64,000 bases of DNA, from the NCBI GenBank assembly GCA_031385045.1, contig JANNBC010000048.1, positions 54,321 through 118,320 on the forward strand, given 5' to 3'. Below the pieces are notes generated by a model. That model was given only the letters and a program-made list of their open reading frames with translations, made no database searches and was not told where the DNA came from. The translations under genes were made by a program, and so were the position numbers. Within the stretch, counting starts at the first letter, position 1, and each line of letters opens with the position of its first letter. Shown here piece by piece: positions 39,042 through 49,355 of this stretch. The stretch comes from a bacterium (lineage in GTDB: Bacteria; Bdellovibrionota_C; UBA2361; CALJRW01).

Positions 39042-39845
39042 ATGAAATTCTTACCCTATTGCTTACTACTTATTTTCTTAACCTCATGTTCTGTCCAACG
39101 CAAACCAGTTGTGGCAGGAGAAATTCCATTACAAGGCGACTTGAACCCTCAAGAGATTGAGTATGGAGCACAAGTTTTTAACCAACTGGCAGCTGAGTAT
39201 CCAATGGAAGAGGATCTAGCATTAAACTCACGAGTTAGAAAAATTGTTACCAGACTGTCAAATGCTGCTTCCGGTAATAACGGAGGAAATCCTTGGCATG
39301 TCTATGTGTTTAAGGATGATAATTTTAAGAATGCTGCGGCTACAAGGGGAAACTATATTTTCGTTTGGACTGGAATTCTTAATACCACTGAGAGTGACCA
39401 TCAACTTGCAACAATTCTGGCCCATGAAGTAAGTCACGTCCTAGCAAACCACACAACGCCAACCTCGGGAGAAGCAGCAAATCAAATTATAGCTGGCAGT
39501 AGTGGACAAGTTGCCTCTTCCGTCCTAGCTGCCAGTGGTCAATACTATGGAATTGCCAATATCGCTGGCCAACTCACATCTGCATTAATGCAAGGGTTAA
39601 TTGTAAATCCAGGATCACAACGGTTAGAAAGTGAAGCTGATACCATTGGCTTATTTTTAATGGCCAAAGCTGGTTACAATCCTCAAGCTGCCCTAGATTT
39701 TTGGAATCAAGTTCGACAAGATCCTAACTTTGGCGGTGCCTCCATTAGCTTCCTATCCACTCACCCAAGCTCCGAAGCCCGAATCATCAATATCGAGAAA
39801 TACCTCCCCCAAGCCCAAATCCTCTACCACAAATCCCGCAAATAA
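39042..39845 (+). CDS. M48-family zinc metalloprotease lipoprotein
   Basis: Lipobox LTSCS; HEVSH (HExxH) zinc motif and a downstream E. Confidence 0.7.
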   Translation: MKFLPYCLLLIFLTSCSVQRKPVVAGEIPLQGDLNPQEIEYGAQVFNQLAAEYPMEEDLALNSRVRKIVTRLSNAASGNNGGNPWHVYVFKDDNFKNAAATRGNYIFVWTGILNTTESDHQLATILAHEVSHVLANHTTPTSGEAANQIIAGSSGQVASSVLAASGQYYGIANIAGQLTSALMQGLIVNPGSQRLESEADTIGLFLMAKAGYNPQAALDFWNQVRQDPNFGGASISFLSTHPSSEARIINIEKYLPQAQILYHKSRK

Positions 39846-39850
39846 CCTCC

Positions 39851-39869
39851 CCCCGACTTCTCTGATACC
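39851..39869 (+). repeat. copy A of the intergenic motif CCCCGAnnTCTCTGATAC
   Basis: ccccgacttctctgatacc, with extra Cs at the 5' side. Intergenic, 150 nt upstream of the ORF at 40018. Confidence 0.5.
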
Positions 39870-40017
39870 TTATTAACTTAACTTAGCGCATTAAGACTAC
39901 CACCCAACATCACTGTTACTTAAAAAAGCGAAAAAATGGCATATCTTCACTAGCCCCCCAAATACCACTAAAGTCCCAATTCCTATCAGCCGATACCCAT
40001 TAAAATCAAGGAAGATT

Positions 40018-40608
40018 ATGAATTGGCTATTAAACATCTTAAATCAGTTACTCAACCACAAGACTCAGGAAGACACCTGGCATCGTATTTCAACTCCAGT
40101 TCGCCGGATGAATGCTGATGTCCAAATTAAAAACACTATACAGCCTCCAGATTCATACTCAGAACAACTTTTTCAACAAAAAGTATCGATGATTGAGCAA
40201 TCTTTGCGACTTGCTAAAGATCAAGCAAAAAGTATTAATCAAGCTGTACAGAATATTCCAACTCATCCGGAAAGCATTGAAGAAGCTATTAAAGAAATCA
40301 TTAAAAATTGTGATGCCGTGTCTCTAAGTGGGATACAAATATTAGAAGGCGAACCAATTCACCTAAAATATCAACAACAAGAACTGGTTATCCAATTGCC
40401 TTCATGTAGTAAAGAAATTCTTGATTTATCAAGAGATCGGAAGTTTCTACCTAACGTAAATCAAAAAGTGCAGGAATTAAGCTTAGCTATTGATGCCTCC
40501 CTAGAAAATTTACAAAAATTTCTAACCAAAATTGAAACCGGACAACAAAATTATCTTTCTGCTGGCATTGACTTAAAGCTTTTTCAAAGCCAAATAACTG
40601 ATGCCTAA
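40018..40608 (+). CDS. hypothetical cytoplasmic protein
   Basis: 196-aa ORF, helical/charged; no motif. Confidence 0.4.
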   Translation: MNWLLNILNQLLNHKTQEDTWHRISTPVRRMNADVQIKNTIQPPDSYSEQLFQQKVSMIEQSLRLAKDQAKSINQAVQNIPTHPESIEEAIKEIIKNCDAVSLSGIQILEGEPIHLKYQQQELVIQLPSCSKEILDLSRDRKFLPNVNQKVQELSLAIDASLENLQKFLTKIETGQQNYLSAGIDLKLFQSQITDA

Positions 40609-40734
40609 TCTGGCGATGCTTTAACTTAGCACTCACCTAGACAAAAGAGACCCAGTTTGGGAATCTTAGTCATCAATGATACAATACTCCTTAAGTAATG
40701 ATCAATTTGCGATGACAAGTTATTATTGTTAATT

Positions 40735-40960
40735 ATAGTATATACTAAAACCGATTAGGTTTTAGCGAACTGCTAGGAAAAATGCGGATTGCATTTTTAG
40801 TTCATTGGGGTTTTAGTATATTTGTTTTCCCCAGATAAAATGCTTGTAAAATAAGCATTTTAGCCTGAGCAACCCCCTTGGGTCGCTTCAAGCGCTTTGC
40901 GCTTGATATACTAGGCGACTAATTTTAGAACAGTAATTTCTAATGTCGCCTAGTATATCT
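40735..40960. repeat. cluster of five consecutive stem-loops upstream of ffh (possible structured sRNA or a miniature inverted-repeat transposable element (MITE)-like element)
   Basis: Hairpin 1: 40745-40765, ctaaaacc/ggttttag. Hairpin 2: 40778-40798, aaaaatgc/gcattttt. Hairpin 3: 40837-40861, aaaatgctt/aagcatttt. Hairpin 4: 40888-40906, tcaagcgc/gcgcttga. Hairpin 5: 40905-40959, a 15-bp stem gatatactaggcgac/gtcgcctagtatatc with a 25-nt loop. There is also a long-range inverted pair, tatactaaaacc/ggttttagtata. Confidence 0.45.
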
Positions 40961-41028
40961 AAAAAGTAATTGACCTGAAGAGCGTTAAGCCTTTGGTTGG
41001 ACACCATATTTGTTATTTAGCTATTTCA

Positions 41029-42390
41029 ATGTTTCAAAATTTATCTGATAAACTAACTACTGCACTAAAAAGTCTCCGCGGTAAAACTGTAATCTCTGCA
41101 CAGGATCTCGAAGCCACTCTGAAAGAGGTACGCCTTGCTCTCTTAGAAGCTGATGTAAATTATAAAGTTGCTAAAGATTTCTGTGCTGAAATTGCTATTC
41201 TTGCTCAAGGCGAAGAAGTTTTAAAAAGTCTGAAACCAGATCAACAAATTATTAAGATTGTACATGAGCAGCTTAAAATCATGCTTGGTTCAAATGCCAG
41301 TGAGCTTAATATTAAAGTTGCCCCACCAGCAATTATTATGTTGGTTGGTTTACAAGGGTCTGGGAAAACAACAAGTTGCGGCAAATTAGCAATTTACCTT
41401 CGCAAGCAATTAAAGCGTAATCCACTGTTAGTCCCTGCAGACATTTATCGTCCTGCTGCGATTGAACAATTAAAAACTTTAGGCAAACAAATTAATGTTC
41501 CAGTTTACGACACTCAACCAGGACAAAAACCACTACAGATTGCCGAGCTTGCGGTAGAGCAAGCGAGACTAATGGGTCATGACATTGTAATTCTTGATAC
41601 TGCTGGTCGCTTACAAATTGATACAGAGTTAATGCGAGAATTAGGTGACATCCAAGCCTCAATTAAACCCCAAGAAATACTCTTAGTTGCAGATGCCATG
41701 ACGGGGCAAGAAGCTGTAAATGTTGCTCAAGGTTTTAGCGATCAACTGGCACTAACCGGATTAATTCTTACAAAGCTTGATGGTGATGCCCGCGGTGGAG
41801 CAGCATTATCTATGCTAAAAGTAACTGGCCAGCCGATTAAATTTATTGGTTTAGGAGAAAAAATAGATGCTCTAGAAGTCTTTCACCCAGATCGCCTAGC
41901 TTCCAGAATTCTTGGTATGGGTGACATGCTAAGCCTAATTGAAAAAGCATCAGAACAAATTAACATCGAAGATTCTCTTAAGCTACAAAAGAAATTTCAA
42001 AAAAATAGTTTTGATCTAGAGGACTTCCTTTCCCAGTTAAGAATGATGAATAAGATGGGCAGTATTAGCTCACTGATGTCCATGATTCCAGGAATGGATA
42101 AAATGGCTAAAAAAATAGATCCAGAAGCTGCAGAGAAAGAGCTCCGCAAAACAGAAGCGATTATTTTATCAATGACAAAAAAAGAACGGATTAATCCAGA
42201 CATCTTAAACGGTAGTCGTCGAAAAAGAATTGCTAACGGATCGGGGACACAAGTTCAAGACGTAAACCAGCTCTTAAAACAATTCTTAGAAATCAAGAAG
42301 ATGATGAAACAGTTCAACAAGATGGGAATGGGGAATATGATGAAAGCAATGGGCGGGAAAAATCCCCTCAGTATGCTAAAAGGGCTTTAA
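41029..42390 (+). CDS. ffh: signal recognition particle protein Ffh
   Basis: Start re-set to MFQNLSDKLT… (E. coli MFDNLTDRLS…). GTPase G1 GLQGSGKTT, DTAGR, TKLDGD; Met-rich M domain at the C-terminus. Confidence 0.9.
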   Translation: MFQNLSDKLTTALKSLRGKTVISAQDLEATLKEVRLALLEADVNYKVAKDFCAEIAILAQGEEVLKSLKPDQQIIKIVHEQLKIMLGSNASELNIKVAPPAIIMLVGLQGSGKTTSCGKLAIYLRKQLKRNPLLVPADIYRPAAIEQLKTLGKQINVPVYDTQPGQKPLQIAELAVEQARLMGHDIVILDTAGRLQIDTELMRELGDIQASIKPQEILLVADAMTGQEAVNVAQGFSDQLALTGLILTKLDGDARGGAALSMLKVTGQPIKFIGLGEKIDALEVFHPDRLASRILGMGDMLSLIEKASEQINIEDSLKLQKKFQKNSFDLEDFLSQLRMMNKMGSISSLMSMIPGMDKMAKKIDPEAAEKELRKTEAIILSMTKKERINPDILNGSRRKRIANGSGTQVQDVNQLLKQFLEIKKMMKQFNKMGMGNMMKAMGGKNPLSMLKGL

Positions 42391-42399
42391 CTGAGACTT

Positions 42400-42729
42400 C
42401 TACTGACGACTCGAACGTAACTCTTTTAATTTTTTCTTAAGTCTTAAATATTTGCGTTCAGTAGAGTTCATTGATTCGATAGTGGCTTCTAAATCTGATT
42501 TTTGAAATTCACAAGTTTGAATACTCTGTTTCGAAATTTGTAATTTTGTTACTAAACATTGGCCAATATAGTAATCAAGACATGGAGACTGCGAATCAGA
42601 ATATTCATCCAATAAATTACCATTATCATCACAAGGATAAACTGCCGCACATACAACACCATCTTCCGCGATCGCACCTTGCCCTAAGATAAAAGAAATT
42701 AAGAAGAAAGCGGTGAGTAATTTTTTCAT
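42400..42729 (-). CDS. small secreted Cys-containing protein
   Basis: Signal peptide from MKKLLTAFFLISFILGQGAIA (internal Met used as the start). Confidence 0.4.
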   Translation of the reverse strand: MKKLLTAFFLISFILGQGAIAEDGVVCAAVYPCDDNGNLLDEYSDSQSPCLDYYIGQCLVTKLQISKQSIQTCEFQKSDLEATIESMNSTERKYLRLKKKLKELRSSRQ

Positions 42730-43009
42730 ATTAAGAACCAAGTAGTTTACAGGATACATATCTGATACATATTATGATCTGCTTCATGTAATTGTTGCAG
42801 GGGAATGATTAAATATTTATAAGAAACTAGCAAGTTTTAAGTGTTTTTATAATATGCAATAATATCAATATGTTGCAATATCACCCTAACCAGATAATCC
42901 CTGCCTAGACGTCACTTTGCCTTGATTTAGCTAAAATTGCTATCAACAAATAAATTTGTTATAAAACCTCTTCGTAATTTTTAAAATTTTTAAAACTTGG
43001 AGTTATAAA

Positions 43010-43399
43010 GTGGCTGTAGTTATTGGACTATCTAGACAGGGTCAAAAGAAACTTCCCTTTTATCGTATTGTTGTCAAACAAAAAGGGACTAAACGCGATG
43101 GTAAATTTATTGAAATCGTTGGAAATCATAATCCCCTATTAAATCCTGCTGTTACTTCTTTCAAAGAAGAACGCGTTAAACATTGGATCTCTGAAGGTGC
43201 TATACCATCTTTATTAGTTTCAAATCTTTTAGAGAAATCATTCCCTGGATACTACAAAGGAATTGTTACTGCTCGTAAAGAAAAAATTAAAGCAAAGAGA
43301 CTTGCTCGAAAAGCGAAACAAGGCCCAGTTGCTAAAAAAGCTGCTGTTGCAAGAAAGCCAAAAGCTAAGAAAGTAGCTGTGAAAAAAGCAAAGAAATAG
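43010..43399 (+). CDS. rpsP: 30S ribosomal protein S16 with a Lys/Ala-rich C-terminal extension
   Basis: GTG start with SD GGAG. N-terminus AVVIGLSRQGQKKLPFYRIVV… matches S16. About 45 extra K/A-rich residues at the C-terminus. Confidence 0.85.
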   Translation: MAVVIGLSRQGQKKLPFYRIVVKQKGTKRDGKFIEIVGNHNPLLNPAVTSFKEERVKHWISEGAIPSLLVSNLLEKSFPGYYKGIVTARKEKIKAKRLARKAKQGPVAKKAAVARKPKAKKVAVKKAKK

Positions 43400-43408
43400 T
43401 ATCTCACA

Positions 43409-44119
43409 TTGTCTGACACTAAAAACCTCGTTCCATACAAGTTTTCAGTTCTAACAATCTTCCCAGAGCTTTTTGCTAGTTACCTTGAAGCTAGCCTAAT
43501 CGGTAAAGCTATTAAAAATCAAATCGTCGAAATTAACTTAGTTAACTTTCGGCGATTTGCAGAACCTCCCCATTTCAAAGTTGATGACGAGATATATGGT
43601 GGTGGAGCTGGTATGCTTCTAAAACCAGAACCACTTATCAAAGCAATCACGGAAGAAGAAGCTCGATTACCTCACGCCAAAAAGATCTTACTTAGTGCTT
43701 CTGGAAAAAAATTCACTCAAGCAGTAGCTAATGAACTTAGTAAAGAATCAGAATTAATCATGGTCTGTGGTCGCTATGAGGGTGTCGATCAACGGGTCAT
43801 CGATTTAAAGATTGATGAAGAATATTGCCTAGCAGATGTAGTCTGCATGGGTGGAGAAGTCCCAGCAATGATGATCCTTGAAGCTATTACACGCCTCTTA
43901 ACGGAAGGGATCGGAAATCCGGATTCTCTACTAGAAGAATCTTTCTCAATCACAAACAATCAGCAAACCCTACTAGAGGCTCCCCAATATACCAGACCTC
44001 CAGAGTATGAGGGTAAAACTGTTCCTGAGGTACTACTATCTGGTAACCATTCTAAGATTAAAGAATGGCGCCTGCAGGAGGCAATAAAAAAGACTAAAAA
44101 AAACAGGCCTGACATATGA
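43409..44119 (+). CDS. trmD: tRNA (guanine37-N1)-methyltransferase TrmD
   Basis: FSVLTIFPELF, DDEIYGGGAGMLLKPEP, CGRYEGVDQRV, PQYTRPPEYEGKTVPEVLLSGNHSKI. Confidence 0.9.
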   Translation: MSDTKNLVPYKFSVLTIFPELFASYLEASLIGKAIKNQIVEINLVNFRRFAEPPHFKVDDEIYGGGAGMLLKPEPLIKAITEEEARLPHAKKILLSASGKKFTQAVANELSKESELIMVCGRYEGVDQRVIDLKIDEEYCLADVVCMGGEVPAMMILEAITRLLTEGIGNPDSLLEESFSITNNQQTLLEAPQYTRPPEYEGKTVPEVLLSGNHSKIKEWRLQEAIKKTKKNRPDI

Positions 44120-44667
44120 ACCTAAATGTAATCTTATTGCATGATAAAATGATGGATAAACAAGGTGATCTTGTGACGACTTCGTTAACAATGATTGATC
44201 TTCATGATATCTGTCGAAGCTGTTGTACTTATGGTGTTAACAACTTCTTTATTGCTCACCCATCTACTTCATTAAAGAAACTTGCAAGGACATTAAAAAA
44301 TCACTGGGAGGTTGGATTCGGCGCAACTTATAACCCAAATCGCAAAGAAGCTTTAGGACGAGCGCGGATTGTGCATGATTTAGATGAAGCTATCAATCTC
44401 ATAGATTTAGAGCATGGTGAATTACCAAAAATTTTAGCTACTTCAGCACATCTTGGCGGAGAAAGAACAAAATTCTCCGAAATAAAAAAGTTGATGGAAG
44501 ATGAAAAACCATATCTATTAATGCTGGGAACTGGCTGGGGTATGTCGGATCAATTATTGGATCGAGCTGACTATTTTCTGGAACCTATAAATGGCCCTAC
44601 TGACTATAATCACCTCTCTGTAAGATCTGCTTGTGCAATCATGTTGGATCGAATCTTAGGTGTCTAA
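44116..44667 (+). CDS. SPOUT-superfamily RNA methyltransferase (TrmH/TrmL-like), of unknown specificity
   Basis: C-terminal SPOUT knot motifs (LLMLGTGWGMSDQLLDRADYFLEPI…YNHLSVRSACAIMLDRI). Overlaps the trmD stop by 4 nt. Confidence 0.55.
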   Translation: MNLNVILLHDKMMDKQGDLVTTSLTMIDLHDICRSCCTYGVNNFFIAHPSTSLKKLARTLKNHWEVGFGATYNPNRKEALGRARIVHDLDEAINLIDLEHGELPKILATSAHLGGERTKFSEIKKLMEDEKPYLLMLGTGWGMSDQLLDRADYFLEPINGPTDYNHLSVRSACAIMLDRILGV

Positions 44668-45702
44668 TTAAAAATCGTTAAGTACGATTGGAACATCAGC
44701 TTCCCGATCTTTAAAATTAAAAAACCCGAATTCAGGATCCGGAATCTGCTCTAAAGCTATTGTCTGACAATCTATATCGCCCAATGAGCACGAGCTAAGA
44801 ATTTGATAAAGCTGTTTAACATGAACATAGGTGGCAAGAACTGTTGGCGCATATGTGATCTCTCTGTTAGGAAAAGAACTACGCACCTTCACAACAAAAC
44901 TAGCTGGAGTTGGTGGATAACCAAACCCAACAAACTGTCCTTTATACTTAGGAAACTTTTTTAATAATTCAGGTGTAACTGTTTCCGTGGAAGTAAAAAT
45001 TTTTGGTTTAAAATTATACTGAGATAAAGCTTTAACTAAATTATTGAGATCAGGGACATATGCCATAGAAATAATGGTTTCAATTTTTTTTGATTGAAGT
45101 CGCTTCACTTGGGTTAATACATCATCCCCATAATTAAACTCAGCAACTTCATATTCTGGAAAAACCATTCTAACACCTTCATCACAAAGGTCTCCAAACT
45201 CAGAAATTGGCTTAAGATGGGCAATTGCTTTTACTCCCCCTTGCTTTGCTCTCTCCGCCAATAATTTACAACCTTCAATATAATTTAAATAAGTCTTGAA
45301 TGCATAACGATTACTACTAAGAATTGACCTAGCGGCTGCTGCATATAAAAGAATCTTCTTCTGTTGCTCTACTAACTCCGATATCGCAATTGAGGGCGCG
45401 GCAAAATCAGAAAAAACGGCATCGACATGATCAATTAATAATGCTTTCTGCGCTACTGCGATTGCCTCTTTTGGTTGCAGCTTGGAATCATAAACAAACA
45501 ATTTTAGTAATTCTTGATTCTGATTAATTTCCTTTGCTGCTTGATCTGCACCTAAAACCGTCTGACTACCCCAAAATGCACCTGGCCCAGTTAAGTCTGT
45601 AATGATAGCAATTCGAACCGTTTGTTTTGGTTCAGCTAAGACAAGTGATGTACTATGAAATAATAAGAGTAATAGAACACAAATTACTTGATAGTTCCTC
45701 AT
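44668..45702 (-). CDS. LivJ-like periplasmic ligand-binding protein, orphan
   Basis: Signal peptide, then RIAIITDLTGPGAFWG. Paralogous to the ORF at 31783-32859. Confidence 0.55.
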   Translation of the reverse strand: MRNYQVICVLLLLLFHSTSLVLAEPKQTVRIAIITDLTGPGAFWGSQTVLGADQAAKEINQNQELLKLFVYDSKLQPKEAIAVAQKALLIDHVDAVFSDFAAPSIAISELVEQQKKILLYAAAARSILSSNRYAFKTYLNYIEGCKLLAERAKQGGVKAIAHLKPISEFGDLCDEGVRMVFPEYEVAEFNYGDDVLTQVKRLQSKKIETIISMAYVPDLNNLVKALSQYNFKPKIFTSTETVTPELLKKFPKYKGQFVGFGYPPTPASFVVKVRSSFPNREITYAPTVLATYVHVKQLYQILSSCSLGDIDCQTIALEQIPDPEFGFFNFKDREADVPIVLNDF

Positions 45703-46490
45703 ATGAAAAGCAAGATTAGAATTCCAATAATTATCCGATAATACCCAAAAGGCTTCAAGGAAAATCGATTCAATAAAGCAATAAAAAACTTAATTGCAAT
45801 AATAGCGACCAAAAAGGATACCACGAATCCTACGGCTAATATTGGCAAATGCTCGGAGTGAAGAAAGCGCCAACTCTTATAAAGATCGTAACCAACGGCA
45901 GCAAACATGGTTGGTACAGCTAAGAAAAATGAAAATTCTGCTGCTATTTTTTTTTCACAACCAAGTAACATTGCACCGACAATAGTGCTCCCAGAACGAG
46001 ATACTCCAGGACATAATGCAAGACATTGGAATAATCCGATTTTAAGACAATCAAGATATGATAGTTGATACTCAGAATTTTTAGTCGGTTGGTTAATTAA
46101 CTTTTCAATTACTACTAAGACGACCCCACCAAGAATCAGTCCAATTGCTACGGTTGTAGAATTAAATAAATGTTGTTTGATAAACTTATAGGCTAATAAA
46201 CCAAAAATAAGCGCGGGAAATGTAGCCAAAGACAACTTAAGAATCCCCGACTTCCCTGAGAAACCTGATTTAAGCTTAAAATTCACCAAATTGAAAAATT
46301 TACTTCGATATAAGAAAAGAACAGCCAAAATGGCACCTAACTGTATAAACACAGAAAATGTATCTGCAAACTGACCTTCAAAATTAAGTAATTTGCCTAC
46401 TAGAATAATATGACCTGTACTAGATACTGGTAGAAACTCGGTTAGTCCTTCAATTATTCCTAAAATAGTTGCCTTAATAAGATCCGACAT
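45699..46490 (-). CDS. uppP: undecaprenyl-diphosphate phosphatase
   Basis: BacA/UppP blocks: GIIEGLTEFLPVSSTGH, PGVSRSGSTI. Confidence 0.8.
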   Translation of the reverse strand: MSDLIKATILGIIEGLTEFLPVSSTGHIILVGKLLNFEGQFADTFSVFIQLGAILAVLFLYRSKFFNLVNFKLKSGFSGKSGILKLSLATFPALIFGLLAYKFIKQHLFNSTTVAIGLILGGVVLVVIEKLINQPTKNSEYQLSYLDCLKIGLFQCLALCPGVSRSGSTIVGAMLLGCEKKIAAEFSFFLAVPTMFAAVGYDLYKSWRFLHSEHLPILAVGFVVSFLVAIIAIKFFIALLNRFSLKPFGYYRIIIGILILLFI

Positions 46491-47911
46491 TAAACTCTTG
46501 ATACCCCATCCAACTTAGCCTGATTCATCACTGCCTCTGTCACCTTACTCGCAACCATAGGATTAAAAACATTAGGGATAATTAAATGTTTATTTAGAAG
46601 TTCAGGAGCAATACTATCTGCGATTGCTCGTGCCGCCGCAAGCTTCATACCCATAGTGATTTTACGAGCACGACAAAGCATTGCACCCTTAATAATCCCT
46701 GGAAAGCATAAGACATTATTTACCTGATTAGGATAATCTGAACGCCCTGTGGCAATAACACCAGCGATATCTGCAATTTCATCTGGAAAAATCTCTGGTA
46801 TTGGATTGGCAAGAGTAAAAATTAATGGATTTTTATTCATCGTACTAATCATCTCCCGTGTCACAACTCCTGGTTGTGAGAGCCCTAAAAACATATCTGC
46901 GCCTACCAATGCGTCTCCCAACGTCCCTGAGATATTATCTGGGTTAGTGACCTTAACGAGCTCTTCTTTCATCGAATTCATTCCCTTTGTTCGTCCTCGA
47001 TAAGCTATCCCCGAGGTATCACAAGCTATAATATTCTTAGCACCAGCCTCTAATAGTATTTTAATACAGGCGACCCCTCCAGCTCCAAATCCATTCACAA
47101 CAATTTTTAAATCTTCCAACTTACGATCTAAAACCTTCAGGGCATTATAAACCCCGGCTAAAACTACTACCGCAGTTCCATGCTGATCATCATGAAAAAC
47201 AGGAATATCTAGAGCTTCAATTAGCCGTTCTTCAATTTCAAAACATCGCGGGGCAGAAATATCTTCTAAATTAATTGCCCCAAAAGTTGGCGCTAAATAA
47301 ATAATAGTTTTAATGATTTCTTCAGTATCTTTTGTATCTAAACAAATTGGAAAGGAATTAACCCCTGCAAATTCCTTAAATAAAACCGCCTTCCCTTCCA
47401 TAACAGGCATTGCTGCGGCTGGACCAATATCACCTAGACCCAAGACTGCAGTTCCATCCGTGATTACAGCTACACAATCATTTTTAATAGTATATTGATA
47501 AGATTTCTCAGGGAACTCGTGGATTAACTGACAGACTCTAGCCACACCAGGAGTATACGCCCTAGATAATTCATCACTATTTCGTATCTTTAGTTTTGGC
47601 TGAGTAGTTAACTTACCACCTTCATGCATTTTTAATGTATCATCTTGCCAAGTTAGGATTTGAACAAAATCAAACTTTGAAAAATGTTTAACAATTTCTT
47701 CAGCACTCTCTGTACTTTTGGCATTAATGGTAATCTTACGAATTGTACTCTCAAAATCAGAACTAACTAGCTCCACTTCAGCAATAGAACCACCTAGCTC
47801 AGCAACTTTTGATAGCAACAACGCAAATTTACCAATAATATTAGGAATTTTAACTGTCACCGTTACGGAATATCCAGCTGAAGGAATGGCAAAGGTCGAA
47901 GAATTATGCAT
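46490..47911 (-). CDS. NAD(P)-dependent malic enzyme with an N-terminal ACT-like domain
   Basis: Malic enzyme blocks (…[15 protein letters not shown]…, [12 protein letters not shown]). The first ~80 aa look like an ACT fold. Confidence 0.8.
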   Translation of the reverse strand: MHNSSTFAIPSAGYSVTVTVKIPNIIGKFALLLSKVAELGGSIAEVELVSSDFESTIRKITINAKSTESAEEIVKHFSKFDFVQILTWQDDTLKMHEGGKLTTQPKLKIRNSDELSRAYTPGVARVCQLIHEFPEKSYQYTIKNDCVAVITDGTAVLGLGDIGPAAAMPVMEGKAVLFKEFAGVNSFPICLDTKDTEEIIKTIIYLAPTFGAINLEDISAPRCFEIEERLIEALDIPVFHDDQHGTAVVVLAGVYNALKVLDRKLEDLKIVVNGFGAGGVACIKILLEAGAKNIIACDTSGIAYRGRTKGMNSMKEELVKVTNPDNISGTLGDALVGADMFLGLSQPGVVTREMISTMNKNPLIFTLANPIPEIFPDEIADIAGVIATGRSDYPNQVNNVLCFPGIIKGAMLCRARKITMGMKLAAARAIADSIAPELLNKHLIIPNVFNPMVASKVTEAVMNQAKLDGVSRV

Positions 47912-48156
47912 AGATTTTGAACAATAAAATCAACAGGCCAATAGGATTTATGTAAAAAAAGCCAACAGATAAGCGCTTGGGGCAATTTTTATACACTACT
48001 CTAGGGCATTAAAATCCATAATCTATTAACATATTAATAGAAGAAAGCGAATTGCCAATTTAACTTGTATTTAAGCCTAAATAAAAGTTGAATCTTCTCT
48101 CTTGACGGTCTGCTTATTAACTCTATTATTAAAGGAATGATCAATTTAAAAAAAGT

Positions 48157-49344
48157 ATGAGCCAAAAATATTTAAAAACAAATTTATTTACTTCTGAATC
48201 TGTTTCTGAAGGACACCCTGATAAAATCTGCGATCAAATTAGCGATGCTATTCTTGATGCTTATCTTAGAAAAGATCCAAACAGTCGCGTTGCCTGCGAA
48301 TCCTTAGTAAAAAACAACAACGTTGTGATTGGTGGAGAGATTACCAGCAGTATCTCGATAGATCACGAACAAATTATCAGAGAAACAATCAATAACATTG
48401 GCTACAATGATTCAAAGCTTGGCTTCACTGGAGCGTCTTGTGAAATCATTAAATTCATAAGCGAACAATCACCTGAAATTAGCATGGGCGTATCTGAAGG
48501 TGAAGGCTTACATCAAGAACAGGGTGCTGGCGATCAAGGCCTGATGTTTGGCTTTGCATGCAATGAGACTGAAGAACTGATGCCAATGCCAATATCATTA
48601 TCACATAAGTTACTTTATGAATTAGCTAGAAAAAGAAAAAATAAAGAAGTAAATTTTCTACAACCTGATGCAAAATCTCAAGTAACTGTTCGATACGAAA
48701 ATAACAAACCTAAATCTATTGATGCAATTGTTATCTCTACCCAACACAACGAAGAAATCTCCCTAGATGATTTAAAAGAATATCTAATCGAGGAACATAT
48801 CAAAAAAACCATCAAGGAAGAGTACTTAACTAAAGAAACTAGATACTACATCAATCCTACCGGTAAGTTTGTAATTGGTGGTCCAGTTGGTGATTGTGGA
48901 TTAACTGGACGTAAAATTATTGTAGACACTTATGGTGGGTATGGAAGACATGGAGGAGGCGCATTTTCGGGTAAAGATCCTTCGAAAGTCGATCGCTCTG
49001 CCGCCTATATGGCAAGATATATTGCAAAAAATATTGTTGCAGCTGGACTTGCCAAGAAATGTGAAGTTCAACTTGCCTACGCCATTGGAGTTGCAGATCC
49101 GGTTGGAATTTATGTATCTACTTTTGACACAAGCGAATTCCCTGAAGAGCAATTTGCCTCAGCAGTAAGTGAAATCTTCGAGCTAACACCAAAAGGTATT
49201 ATTAAATCTCTAAATTTACTAAAACCAATATACCAACCAACTGCTTCATATGGACACTTCGGAAGAACCCCAACCAAGGAAGGACTATTTAGTTGGGAAA
49301 AAACTGATAAAGTATCCGATCTTCAATCTTACTTTAAAATTTAA
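48157..49344 (+). CDS. metK: S-adenosylmethionine synthetase
   Basis: [56 protein letters not shown]. Confidence 0.9.
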   Translation: MSQKYLKTNLFTSESVSEGHPDKICDQISDAILDAYLRKDPNSRVACESLVKNNNVVIGGEITSSISIDHEQIIRETINNIGYNDSKLGFTGASCEIIKFISEQSPEISMGVSEGEGLHQEQGAGDQGLMFGFACNETEELMPMPISLSHKLLYELARKRKNKEVNFLQPDAKSQVTVRYENNKPKSIDAIVISTQHNEEISLDDLKEYLIEEHIKKTIKEEYLTKETRYYINPTGKFVIGGPVGDCGLTGRKIIVDTYGGYGRHGGGAFSGKDPSKVDRSAAYMARYIAKNIVAAGLAKKCEVQLAYAIGVADPVGIYVSTFDTSEFPEEQFASAVSEIFELTPKGIIKSLNLLKPIYQPTASYGHFGRTPTKEGLFSWEKTDKVSDLQSYFKI

Positions 49345-49355
49345 TAACTAACTAT

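Noticed and set aside
40735-40960. Interpreting the hairpin cluster as a bacterial interspersed mosaic element (BIME)/REP array linked to the RAYT-like gene
   Set aside because: The five hairpins have unrelated stem sequences, not repeated copies of one palindrome. None flanks the Y1 gene 9 kb away.
47912-48156. Possible SAM riboswitch in the metK leader
   Set aside because: I could not find SAM-I, SAM-II or SAM/SAH consensus elements by eye. The leader is AT-rich and unstructured. Left uncalled; an Rfam scan would settle it.
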